17,199 nucleotides of DNA from Candidatus Hodarchaeota archaeon (GTDB lineage: Archaea; Asgardarchaeota; Heimdallarchaeia; Hodarchaeales; Hodarchaeaceae): positions 1 through 17,199 of the forward strand of contig JAHQWW010000079.1 of NCBI GenBank assembly GCA_029856365.1, given 5' to 3'. The first letter of the stretch is position 1. The number at the start of each line of letters is the position of its first letter. This document shows positions 8,250 to 17,114 of the stretch, one piece after another. The position numbers and the translations under genes are program-made. A model generated the notes under the pieces. That model saw nothing but the letters and a program-made list of their open reading frames with translations, ran no database searches and was not told the origin of the DNA.

Positions 8250-10046
8250 ATGAAAATACTTTGTATTACTGGGAGATTATCTATTGGAATAATACTTTTA
8301 AGCTTAATAGTAGTTATCAATTTTGTAAATTTGGATACTACACTCAACCTACCTATATCATCAAATAATATATTAAAAAGTTGTACTAGAGAAGGTTACA
8401 CCTTTATTTGGGACGAATTTGACGGAGCTCCTGGTAATCAACAGGGTGATGATAGTGTGGTCTTTGGTTCTTCGTTTGGGCCATACCATAACTATTCTGA
8501 ACTTGTCAAAAAGCTAAAGAACCTCAATACTACATATCCAGAGATTATTGAGCTCTTTTCGATAGGAAAGACCTATTTTGGGCGAGACATTTACTGTGTT
8601 CGAATCACTAATGAATCAATTGCACTTCCGAAAACTGAAGTTGTGATCGTTGGTCAACACCACGCTCATGAGCAGATCACGGTTGAAAATGCCCTTTATT
8701 TCATCGATAAAGTAGTATTTGATTTCTTATCATCTTCTGTATTACTTCAGAACCTTTTAAACACTAAAACGATTTATGTGATCCCTAGTCTTAATATCGA
8801 TGGCGCCGAACTTGTGAGTCAATTTCCCTGGCAGAGAAAAACTTCACGGCCTATCGACGAAGACGGAGATGGTGTTGAGGATGAATATGAAGCGCAAGAT
8901 ACCAATAAGGACGGGTATATTGATCGATTAATTGATGAGTTTAACAACTTTGTTGGGTATGAAGGAATAGATCTTGATGGGGACGGGTTAATTGGAAACG
9001 ATGCCCCAGGTGGCGTCGATCCTAATCGTAACTATGCTTACCAGTTTGGGGATCTAACAGGCGCTTCCAATAATCCTTCCTCCTGGAATTACCACGGGCC
9101 CAAAGCATTTTCTGAAAATTGTACAGCACGATTTCGTGATTTTGTAATGCAAAGGAATTTTGTCACTGCAGTCTCCCTACATTCTGGAATGGATTATACT
9201 ATGATATTAAGTCCTTGGGCGTACAAGTGTGAATTGCCAACAGGAATAGATAGAGACTTGTACATTAGCACAGGGACAAAACTGCAAGAACTAACAGGAT
9301 TTTCATATGCGACTGAGGACATTTATGCTTGTTCTGGTGAATGGGCAGACTGGATGTACAGCCACCCTAATGGAACGCTTCTTGCCTTCACGTTTGAGAC
9401 CTATGGAAATCCTTCAGCATTCTATTCAATATATAATGACACAACTGAATATCATCACCAACGTGGTGTGTGGGATTATTGTAATCCACCAGCAGATGAA
9501 GTGATTGATAATTGTGCTCAAGTCTATCCAGGACTCTTTTTCATGGCGGAAGAAGCCCCCTATCTATCAATCCAAACTAATAATCAACAATTAGGGGATT
9601 ATCTCCAAATTAAAGTTATTGTTACTAATCCTTCATTATATGTCCGAACAAATGGTAGTATTACCCTCAACTGTACGGTTTCCCAAGTCGCAGGCTTGAC
9701 TTTTCTCAATACAACACATATAATGAATCTTGGTGAACTAGAAGCGAAATCTAGCATTCCAACCACATTTGTATTTTCAATTGACCAACCTGACTATTCA
9801 ATACATATAAACTTACGAGCATATGGTCCAAAAGTTGGGGATGCAGTAACTGAATACGATTTACATTCTTCTCAGATAACAACAACTACTACAACGTCAA
9901 TCTCTACAACCTCAAGTACTACTTCAGAAGTTCTACGAACCAATAAAACCATTGATCAAATAACAACAGGATTTAACATCACTGGATTGGCATTCTTACT
10001 AATATTGCTTATTGGAATTAAAAATAGAAAGAAATTCGAAAAATAG
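8250..10046 (+). CDS. Secreted, membrane-anchored M14 zinc carboxypeptidase
   Basis: N-terminal signal/TM; HAHE (HxxE), WQRKT, GVDPNRNY, SLHSG and TFE (catalytic Glu); Thr/Ser linker; TGF-TM-KNRKK tail. An SD-like GGAG lies upstream. Confidence 0.93.
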   Translation: MKILCITGRLSIGIILLSLIVVINFVNLDTTLNLPISSNNILKSCTREGYTFIWDEFDGAPGNQQGDDSVVFGSSFGPYHNYSELVKKLKNLNTTYPEIIELFSIGKTYFGRDIYCVRITNESIALPKTEVVIVGQHHAHEQITVENALYFIDKVVFDFLSSSVLLQNLLNTKTIYVIPSLNIDGAELVSQFPWQRKTSRPIDEDGDGVEDEYEAQDTNKDGYIDRLIDEFNNFVGYEGIDLDGDGLIGNDAPGGVDPNRNYAYQFGDLTGASNNPSSWNYHGPKAFSENCTARFRDFVMQRNFVTAVSLHSGMDYTMILSPWAYKCELPTGIDRDLYISTGTKLQELTGFSYATEDIYACSGEWADWMYSHPNGTLLAFTFETYGNPSAFYSIYNDTTEYHHQRGVWDYCNPPADEVIDNCAQVYPGLFFMAEEAPYLSIQTNNQQLGDYLQIKVIVTNPSLYVRTNGSITLNCTVSQVAGLTFLNTTHIMNLGELEAKSSIPTTFVFSIDQPDYSIHINLRAYGPKVGDAVTEYDLHSSQITTTTTTSISTTSSTTSEVLRTNKTIDQITTGFNITGLAFLLILLIGIKNRKKFEK

Positions 10047-10065
10047 ATCAGGAAAGGATATACCC

Positions 10066-10093
10066 AACTTCGTAAAAGGCTGGATTACCACCT
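10066..10093 (+). repeat. Dispersed boundary motif, copy 5 (AACTTCGTAAAAGGCTGGATTACCACCT)
   Basis: The first 22 nt match the consensus fully; 19 bp after the peptidase stop. Confidence 0.8.
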
Positions 10094-10457
10094 TCACTTA
10101 CGTATTCAATATCCTCACTCAGAAATGCAAGGAAATATGAGTAACTTCTTACACAAAGACAAAAAGTATTTAAAGTCCCCTACTAGGCAAGAGTTGAAAA
10201 AAGATATCATCCCTTTTGTAATAGGCATCTATCAACAACTCTAACCTCTTAGTAAGCTTTTGTTACTAAAAATCCTCTTTCACTAGATTTTCCTAGATAG
10301 GCTGCCAAGAAAAATATTATCAGTTAACAGCTCAATACGAATAACTCAAATTCCCCTTTAAAAATGGATTGAACAACATTAATTGGTAATTATTATAAGG
10401 TACAACAATTTCGTCTATGCTTGGTTGATTTTTCAAATTATTCAAAAGGGAAAAAAA

Positions 10458-13118
10458 ATGTCTAAATTGAGAATTATCAAGATTGTAGTAGTTTTTATAT
10501 TTTTAATGACTTTGATTCCAGTATCTTCGATATTAGCAACCGTTCAACAAACACCCATTATTTTTATAGAAGAGATTACAGATTCACTTGATCCAGGGAC
10601 ATATGAGCCATGGGATTATTATATACTCCCTCCTGGTACAAGTTTTGAGGACATCGAATATTGGGGTACGTCTACAGATTTAGTGGAATATACTTTTGTT
10701 GATGGCGGTCAAAATTTTTTTGATTTTGATGATATCTTTCCATTCGACCTGATAAGAGGTAATATGGTTCCAGGGAATTTAGAAGATGAGTTATTAGAAA
10801 ACGATTTATATTATAGTAATCATAATTTCTTCCCATCAATTTCCTATCCAAGAGCAGTCAGGATTGCTAGCAATAAAAATCCTGTATTCAATAAGACTGA
10901 GCTGAAACCTATAAGTTTACATATGAATTATTCTACTACTTTCTTTGCAGAAGATGGAGTAGATTATTGGGGTTATGTAGATAGTGCTGATCCGTTCTAT
11001 TTGGATGTTACCTTTAGTGCTACCAATGTAAGGGGAACTATATCCTTCGAATCTGCGTATCCCCCAACACCAGGATATTTTGTTGGGATACCTAACAACA
11101 AAATGACCTATCCAATTTTTCCAAAGAATGAAAGCTTACTTGAATTTACATTAAGTAATCTAAATGGTTCTAGTTTAGTGACTTTGACTCCCCATTTATG
11201 GACTTTCCCAACTTGGCTTCCAACACTAGAATTAAACAATTTAACTACTGGAAAACTGAATCAAGGACAACCTTGGTATTATAATGAGACCACAGATCAA
11301 TTTACTGAACCTGACTCTGAATTCTTCAGCACCAGGATGTTCACTCTACCCCTTATCAAAGGTAAATACTATCGATTTACAGCTATTTTTGACATGGAAG
11401 ATGTCAAACCAGGAGTGACAAGTAGTGAACCATACAGATTTTTAATTGGTGACCATTATGATGTTATTAGTGGTTTTATCGATCAGGATGGCATGATAAT
11501 TCGTGCACGAGAGTCGGAAAACGCAACTCTTGTCTTATATTCACCAGGTGAAGCAAATGGACAATATTTTATCTTTTACCAAGAAGTACCTTCAACCGAA
11601 AAAACTGAGACCAGTCCATTACAATTGAACACAGATATAACATTAGAATATGATATCTTCTATACTTTTTCGTTCAATGTTCCTAACATGATGGCGATAA
11701 ACTGGACTAATGTAGCCAATCCATTTGATCTCACTTTTTATATTCAAGGAGTTCTTCCAGATGAATGGATTCCTATAATAGATGAGAATTTCTTTGAGCC
11801 AGAACGAGGCAACTTGTATGGTGATAGTGTAGGTGACATTGCTACAGATCATGAAGCTGATCCAAATTGGCGGTATATGCCAGCAGGGTCTTATGCTATA
11901 CAACTTGACAAAGTAAATAATATCGATTATGAAATACGATTTACTACCATTCCAATTCAGCAACCTGGCACTATTCAAGTAAACCAAGACAGCCTTTTTG
12001 CAATTGAGCTCCCAATAGTACGCAATCGACTTAACTGGGTCAACCTTTCTACTGATGATCAAATCTTTCCTATTCAAGCAGTACTATATGAGTGGACTTT
12101 TGTTGGCAAATATAATGAACAAATTGCTTCGAGGACATTTAGTGGATGGTTTGGCAATCAAAATGAAACTATTACCCCAGGTGTTTGGGAAGCATGGAAT
12201 TATAATAATTCCATTATAAACGCGTTACTTCCTACTCGCAATTATGAAGTACCAATCTTAATGATAAGACCCTATGCTGCAATCCAAAATATAACTGCTG
12301 ATCCATATGACACTTTTTCAGCTTCTCTTACAGTCAACACAAATGTAGCAACAAGCCAATCAACATGGGATTTACGTACTTTGGATACTTCATCCATACC
12401 AACCTTAACAGGCTTAACTTTAGATATACCCACGGATTATTTATATTCAGGGCAACAATTTTTCATTCCAGTGTCAGCAATTAGTTCAACAACTTCATTT
12501 ACTATCAATAATGCTTATACCACGGGTGATAACCAGCTTTATGGTATTCCTCTAACTTTAGATCCATACAGCATATACAACATTACGGTGTACCTTATTG
12601 GTAATTATTCAACTTATGATGGAGTAGTGATTGATCAACCCTTTGAATTTCTAAATGCAACCTTTGAAGATTCTCAGATTTTTGTGCATGGCGGAAATTT
12701 ACGAGATTTAGAGATTTTTGAATCTTATTCAGAGGATTTTGATGATACATCGATTTGGAGGTCTCTTCTCATTCTCACAGTTTCAGGTACTTCCTATCTC
12801 TATATTGATCTTGCAAGACAGGGCCCAGGTGTTCCAGGCAAATATAATCTAACAATGCAGGTAGTAATTACAAAACTAAATTTACCGAGCATAGAGTTTC
12901 AATTGGATACTGAATATGATCCAACGGTTAGTAATCAAGAAGTATTTGTAGAAGAGTTCCTTGTTTACGAGATTATACCTCCTGAAATGATGGAAGACAC
13001 ATCAGTACCATCTGAATTCCCATTTGAAGTTTTACTACTCATTGGTGGCGGTGGGGTAGTCATAACAGGAGGAGCAGCAGCAATAGTGTACTTTAGGCGA
13101 AAACGAAGCGGTTTTTAG
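10458..13118 (+). CDS. Large secreted cell-surface protein of unknown function (886 aa), C-terminal TM anchor
   Basis: The likely start MSKLRIIK at 10458 gives a classic signal peptide. The protein is acidic, aromatic-rich and beta-rich with many N-x-S/T sequons, and ends in a Gly-rich TM followed by RRKR. Confidence 0.8.
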   Translation: MSKLRIIKIVVVFIFLMTLIPVSSILATVQQTPIIFIEEITDSLDPGTYEPWDYYILPPGTSFEDIEYWGTSTDLVEYTFVDGGQNFFDFDDIFPFDLIRGNMVPGNLEDELLENDLYYSNHNFFPSISYPRAVRIASNKNPVFNKTELKPISLHMNYSTTFFAEDGVDYWGYVDSADPFYLDVTFSATNVRGTISFESAYPPTPGYFVGIPNNKMTYPIFPKNESLLEFTLSNLNGSSLVTLTPHLWTFPTWLPTLELNNLTTGKLNQGQPWYYNETTDQFTEPDSEFFSTRMFTLPLIKGKYYRFTAIFDMEDVKPGVTSSEPYRFLIGDHYDVISGFIDQDGMIIRARESENATLVLYSPGEANGQYFIFYQEVPSTEKTETSPLQLNTDITLEYDIFYTFSFNVPNMMAINWTNVANPFDLTFYIQGVLPDEWIPIIDENFFEPERGNLYGDSVGDIATDHEADPNWRYMPAGSYAIQLDKVNNIDYEIRFTTIPIQQPGTIQVNQDSLFAIELPIVRNRLNWVNLSTDDQIFPIQAVLYEWTFVGKYNEQIASRTFSGWFGNQNETITPGVWEAWNYNNSIINALLPTRNYEVPILMIRPYAAIQNITADPYDTFSASLTVNTNVATSQSTWDLRTLDTSSIPTLTGLTLDIPTDYLYSGQQFFIPVSAISSTTSFTINNAYTTGDNQLYGIPLTLDPYSIYNITVYLIGNYSTYDGVVIDQPFEFLNATFEDSQIFVHGGNLRDLEIFESYSEDFDDTSIWRSLLILTVSGTSYLYIDLARQGPGVPGKYNLTMQVVITKLNLPSIEFQLDTEYDPTVSNQEVFVEEFLVYEIIPPEMMEDTSVPSEFPFEVLLLIGGGGVVITGGAAAIVYFRRKRSGF

Positions 13119-13130
13119 GTTTTAGTATTA

Positions 13131-13155
13131 TTTCCCTCTTCCTTTTTTTTCTCTT
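13131..13155 (+). terminator. Pyrimidine/T-rich tract, candidate archaeal-type terminator
   Basis: TTTCCCTCTTCCTTTTTTTTCTCTT shortly after the stop at 13118. Confidence 0.4.
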
Positions 13156-13258
13156 AACTGTTTAGAATGTTTGAATTCTCGAATTTAAAGAGTTGATTCT
13201 TTATAGATTCGTAATAACATTACAGGTGACTCCCTCCTAAGCGATTTTGTAGTTCTAA

Positions 13259-13286
13259 GTTTCCTATGAAACCTGGATTAAAGTGA
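13259..13286 (+). repeat. Possible degenerate copy of the boundary motif (core CTGGATTA only)
   Basis: GAAACCTGGATTAAAG in the gap before hcp; the left arm does not match. Confidence 0.3.
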
Positions 13287-13397
13287 TAATGCCAATTATA
13301 AGAAAGATTGTAACCCATCCAAATTTCTTTCTGCTAGAGGTTAATTTTATATATAGTATCAAGCTTTTTTTCATATTTCACATGGAGATACTCTAAA

Positions 13398-14021
13398 ATG
13401 ACTTTTCAACGTAAAAATCAAAAAATAAAAGGAAGTTTTGCTGCTGGTCTTTTTTTCATTTTTGTCAGCAGTATTATCTTATTATCAATAGGAAATAACC
13501 CCACACATGGAGCGGAAACAAGTACTGAGAGATTGCAAACAACACCTGGACAGGTATTTTATGTTCGAATCGAAGGTCAATCGGGTTACATTGATGGCAG
13601 TGTTACCGCAAGTGGATATTTAAGATGGATTGCTGGATATCAATATTCCCATAGTGTATATATTCCCACAGATCCACACAGTGGACAGATGTCAGGGTCA
13701 AGAGTTCATACACCAGTTAAAATCTTGAAGCTCGTTGATAATAGCACTCCACTACTTTTTAAAGCCATGATTCAAATTGAAACATTAATAAGAGTGGAGA
13801 TTCACTTTTTTGATCCTACAGGTGGGCAACATTATTTTACTGTACTGCTAGAAGACGCAAAGATAATATCAATCAGAGAATTTCAACCAAACGTAATGAA
13901 TCCAGACACCTATCAACCCCTCGTGGAAGAAGTTGCATTTGGCTATAAAAAAATCACTTGGACATGGGAAGAACCAAACATTGAATTTTCTGATGATTGG
14001 GTCTACCCTGGGAGCGATTAA
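13398..14021 (+). CDS. hcp: Hcp/TssD (type VI secretion tube protein) homologue with N-terminal signal peptide/TM
   Basis: Hcp motifs appear in order along the whole domain: YVRIEGQ, HSVYIPTDPHSGQMSGSRVHTP, KLVDNSTPLLFKAM, E-L-VEIHF, HYFTVLLEDAKI, EEVAFGYKKITW, SDDW. It has a ~50-aa N-terminal extension with basic n-region and hydrophobic h-region, and an SD-like GGAG. Confidence 0.9.
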   Translation: MTFQRKNQKIKGSFAAGLFFIFVSSIILLSIGNNPTHGAETSTERLQTTPGQVFYVRIEGQSGYIDGSVTASGYLRWIAGYQYSHSVYIPTDPHSGQMSGSRVHTPVKILKLVDNSTPLLFKAMIQIETLIRVEIHFFDPTGGQHYFTVLLEDAKIISIREFQPNVMNPDTYQPLVEEVAFGYKKITWTWEEPNIEFSDDWVYPGSD

Positions 14022-14042
14022 GCTGACTTTGAAGGAATTTCT

Positions 14043-14882
14043 ATGATAATGAAATCCCTCAAACTGACATCCTTCATATGTATTATTCTATTTATTACAT
14101 TGACTCATGTTATCCAAGTCCAAGCCTCATCCCAGACGGATCCCCTTGATGATGTAGTGATCTCAGGCTCGTTAGGCATTGGTGATTATGCTGATTACAT
14201 TGATCTAAAACAGGTCGAAATCCAGGGATCAACAATCATCATTATGACTGATGGTGATTTAACAAATTTAAGTTCAGGAACCTCTACTTATCTTATGGCA
14301 TTATTAAGTGATGATGGTAACCCGATGAACTTTGAAGCGATGATCTTGATCTCACATCCAGCAACAGGACAAGACATTGTGTATTGGATGATTGGTGATC
14401 CTCTAACTGATGTAGGCATAGAATGGGAATCTAGCTACAGTGGAACACATTCACAAATTGATAATAACATTCTTCAACTATTTTTCTTGGAATATTATGA
14501 AATTGTACAATCAGAAGCACTTGTAGTGACCTTCACGGGCGGATCACAATACTTTGATTGGACACCCAATACATATCACAGTAGTTACATCAATACCATC
14601 ATCGATACAATCTCATCTACTCTACCTGTAATAGTTGCCTCTCCTCCTCCACCTACAACAACGACTCCTCCACCACCTCCTCCTACAACAATTACTTCAA
14701 CAATCACCACAAGCAATATCAATCCAGTTATTATAACGACAACAACCAAAGAGACAACGACGGAGGAAACTTTCTCTACAACCTCATCTAGTCCCCCCTC
14801 CCCAACATCAGGGTTTTTATTCATTTCAATAATCCTATTAACACCTTTGATTATCTTGATGAAGCGTCGTAAGAAAAATTAG
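14043..14882 (+). CDS. Secreted surface-anchored protein with Pro/Thr-rich stalk and SGF-TM-basic tail
   Basis: Signal peptide ending VQA, acidic globular domain, PPPPTTTTPPPPPPTT linker, and tail PTSGFLFISIILLTPLIILMKRRKKN. It starts 21 bp after hcp with an SD-like GAAGGA. Confidence 0.82.
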   Translation: MIMKSLKLTSFICIILFITLTHVIQVQASSQTDPLDDVVISGSLGIGDYADYIDLKQVEIQGSTIIIMTDGDLTNLSSGTSTYLMALLSDDGNPMNFEAMILISHPATGQDIVYWMIGDPLTDVGIEWESSYSGTHSQIDNNILQLFFLEYYEIVQSEALVVTFTGGSQYFDWTPNTYHSSYINTIIDTISSTLPVIVASPPPPTTTTPPPPPPTTITSTITTSNINPVIITTTTKETTTEETFSTTSSSPPSPTSGFLFISIILLTPLIILMKRRKKN

Positions 14883-15043
14883 AAGATAATGATAGACAGC
14901 CTCTTATTCAAAGCTTAAGACTAAGTTGATTATTTCTCCCAGTAGCCTTGACTCTATCCTCGTTCACTAGCTCTTACAATGTTACTTCTTAAATTGAGGA
15001 AATACAAATCGAAAAGAAAACCTCTTTTTGTTAAGGACTTCAT

Positions 15044-15082
15044 AACTTCGCAAAATGCTGGTTTAGATTACAAAAATATATA
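15044..15082 (+). repeat. Dispersed boundary motif, copy 6; left member of the 39-bp inverted pair
   Basis: AACTTCGCAAAATGCTGGTTTAGATTACAAAAATATATA is 34/39 identical to the reverse complement of 17131-17169. Confidence 0.85.
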
Positions 15083-15134
15083 TGGTTAAATATGCCCCGA
15101 ACCTTGAAAATCGCCCGTTTTTTGAAAGATAGAG

Positions 15135-15290
15135 CTATTTCTTTCCTCGCGATGAACGGTATGCAGGGTGTTTGGGGTTCAGTTGATTAACTCTATTGTC
15201 TAAAGCATCTTGATACTCTGGGTTATTTGGATTCATAACATCTGAACATTGGTCATTTAGACTACGACCAGCTATAATAGTGGGGGTCAT
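15135..15290 (-). CDS. Small 51-aa Asn/Pro-rich protein with an internal repeat (not in the ORF track)
   Basis: Manual translation: MTPTIIAGRSLNDQCSDVMNPNNPEYQDALDNRVNQLNPKHPAYRSSRGKK*. It has two copies of an (M/L)NPxxPxY unit. Confidence 0.65.
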   Translation of the reverse strand: MTPTIIAGRSLNDQCSDVMNPNNPEYQDALDNRVNQLNPKHPAYRSSRGKK

Positions 15291-15432
15291 AAATCAAGAT
15301 ACAGACCGAATTCTCTTCGCCAATGGAATCAATAACAGTCATCCACGATGATTTTTATGTAACTACTTATGATACATAAGATTTTGCTTTAAACCAAGAT
15401 TTATTATCCATCTTGGTTAATTTGAAGGACTT

Positions 15433-15452
15433 GTATATACCGCGGTCTATAC
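15433..15452. promoter_or_regulatory. Near-perfect palindrome, candidate operator
   Basis: GTATATAC-CGCG-GTCTATAC; the same two arms recur at 17115-17138. Confidence 0.4.
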
Positions 15453-15600
15453 TTATGGATGACATATGAAAAACAGGTAATTGATCTCAAAGGTTTCATC
15501 CAGAATATCGAAAAATCGGTTCTAAAAAAATGATTCTTTACATCAAATAATATAATTTTACTATAACAATTCTTTAAAACCTCTCACTTCTAATAATAAC

Positions 15601-16914
15601 TCATCTAAGAGTATTACTTATTGACAATGATTTCAGGAGGAGAAGAGAGTAAGCTAGTAAACTAATAAATTGAGCTAAACCAAGAATGATTTTCGAAAAA
15701 ATGAATGTTATTATTTTAAAAATCATTGCAGGGTCATTCATCTCTACAGAACTCATTAACATGAAAGAATTAAGAATTGTAGTACTGAACAATAGGAGGG
15801 GACCAAATAGACAAATGTATGATAAAACGCGGCCTATGCTTATTTCAGAAAGATAATTAAAGTGATATTTCAGTATTACAACTATTAAGATTATGATTGA
15901 TGGAATAATTGGGAATAGATTAATGAAAGTCGGAAAAAGGTTTCCAATTGAGGGTAAAATATTTCCTGGTGTACCAGTATAATGAGTAGTGATATTATAT
16001 TTCAAATCAGATGATATAATCGATAGTACGCTGAAAGTTGGAATAGCAATTAACCAAAAGATTTTCTGATTGACGATAGAAAATATTTTTCCTAGCTGTA
16101 GTTCGTCTATTTGATCTTCATTTTTGGATGGAAGATGGTTGATTATGAAAAATACAATACCGAACAGGAAGAAGTAACTCGTTATCCATATGAAAATAAG
16201 AATTCCCATTGTTAGATATGGCTGAATGAATACTATTTCTGGAAAAAACAACTCATTAAACAATAATGCGGTTAATAATTTAGGGAATGATTCCTGATAT
16301 CCCCAAAACGAATACTCCAACAGTATAAATGCTAATACCATGGTGAAAATGCAGAATATCAATAATGAAAAGGAATTAAACAATGCTATTCGAAAAGAAA
16401 TTCTTTTTTTGCTCAAAAGCAGCAAATAATACCCAAGATAGATGAAAGGAAACATTAGTGTGATAGTTAAAAAGAATGGGGAAAATAGATCATAAATTGG
16501 TAACCATGTTATGATTAGAAAAATTAGCATCAATCCTACAATTAGTGTGAATACTTTCATCAATAGAAAGTCATTTCTGAATTTCAGTCTAATATGGGAA
16601 GGAGAGGAGTCGTTTAGAACTATCATCCCTCCTTCGTTATTATTTGCCAGTCGAATTTCATTATTCTCAAATTTTAACAATAAAACATAGATTTTTTGTC
16701 CGAGTGATGTTAACTCATACAATCCCTCTTTATTTTTCCTAATTAAAGAAGAAAGCTTCTCTAAATGAAATGATAATTTACTGGTTGACTCTAATGATAA
16801 TTCCATGAGGATTTCAGAGAACGTCCGCGGTTCATTATCTAATAATTTAATAATTTCAACTCTAATTGGATTTGCTACTAAACTCAAGAGTTTTGCTAAG
16901 TCCTCTGACTCCAT
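15601..16914 (-). CDS. ArsR-type winged-HTH protein fused to a multi-pass membrane domain
   Basis: ANPIRVEIIKLL...TFSEI...LSFHLEKL...YELTSLG followed by about 8 hydrophobic helices; SD-like GAAGGA upstream. Confidence 0.85.
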   Translation of the reverse strand: MESEDLAKLLSLVANPIRVEIIKLLDNEPRTFSEILMELSLESTSKLSFHLEKLSSLIRKNKEGLYELTSLGQKIYVLLLKFENNEIRLANNNEGGMIVLNDSSPSHIRLKFRNDFLLMKVFTLIVGLMLIFLIITWLPIYDLFSPFFLTITLMFPFIYLGYYLLLLSKKRISFRIALFNSFSLLIFCIFTMVLAFILLEYSFWGYQESFPKLLTALLFNELFFPEIVFIQPYLTMGILIFIWITSYFFLFGIVFFIINHLPSKNEDQIDELQLGKIFSIVNQKIFWLIAIPTFSVLSIISSDLKYNITTHYTGTPGNILPSIGNLFPTFINLFPIIPSIIILIVVILKYHFNYLSEISIGRVLSYICLFGPLLLFSTTILNSFMLMSSVEMNDPAMIFKIITFIFSKIILGLAQFISLLAYSLLLLKSLSISNTLR

Positions 16915-17114
16915 ATTCCTTCATATTAATCATAATATCGTATTTTAAATCCATTTTGACAAATAATTCAGGTCAATAAAAATTGACGGTTTCTTTTTTG
17001 GGAAGGATTTCCTAGCAAAATCAAAACAAGAAGTAAATATTGATGTCAAAGTAGATTTAACCTATATAAAGGTCCCAAATTATGATTTAGCTATTTCTAA
17101 TTGTGTTCTGGATT

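Noticed and set aside
10047-10244. Open frame continuing after the peptidase TAG (readthrough or small ORF)
   Set aside because: The peptidase already ends in a complete anchor tail, and the extension has no recognisable features.
3603-10457. Long N-terminal extensions in the ORF track (starts 3603, 4768, 10383; also 1653 and 3575)
   Set aside because: Downstream starts fit SD-like sites, signal peptides or family N-termini better.
13398-13500. Class III (prepilin) cleavage site at KG|SF in the Hcp leader
   Set aside because: The residues after KG (S, F) do not fit the usual archaeal prepilin consensus; a Sec signal or plain anchor is more likely.
14636-14710. CCT/ACA triplet runs as a tandem-repeat element
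   Set aside because: Explained by the encoded Pro/Thr linker.
21-14824. Shadow ORFs 21-422, 357-605, 1489-1677, 1771-1953, 2164-2358, 2379-2612, 3142-3435, 7085-7360, 9307-9504, 11643-12077 and 14585-14824
   Set aside because: They overlap better-supported genes on the opposite strand or in another frame and have no recognisable motifs.
13398-14882. A complete T6SS or eCIS locus
   Set aside because: No sheath, VgrG, PAAR, baseplate or ClpV genes are recognisable in the window.
15392-15418. 9-bp perfect inverted repeat AACCAAGAT/ATCTTGGTT
   Set aside because: Single AT-rich hairpin with no clear context; no function can be assigned.
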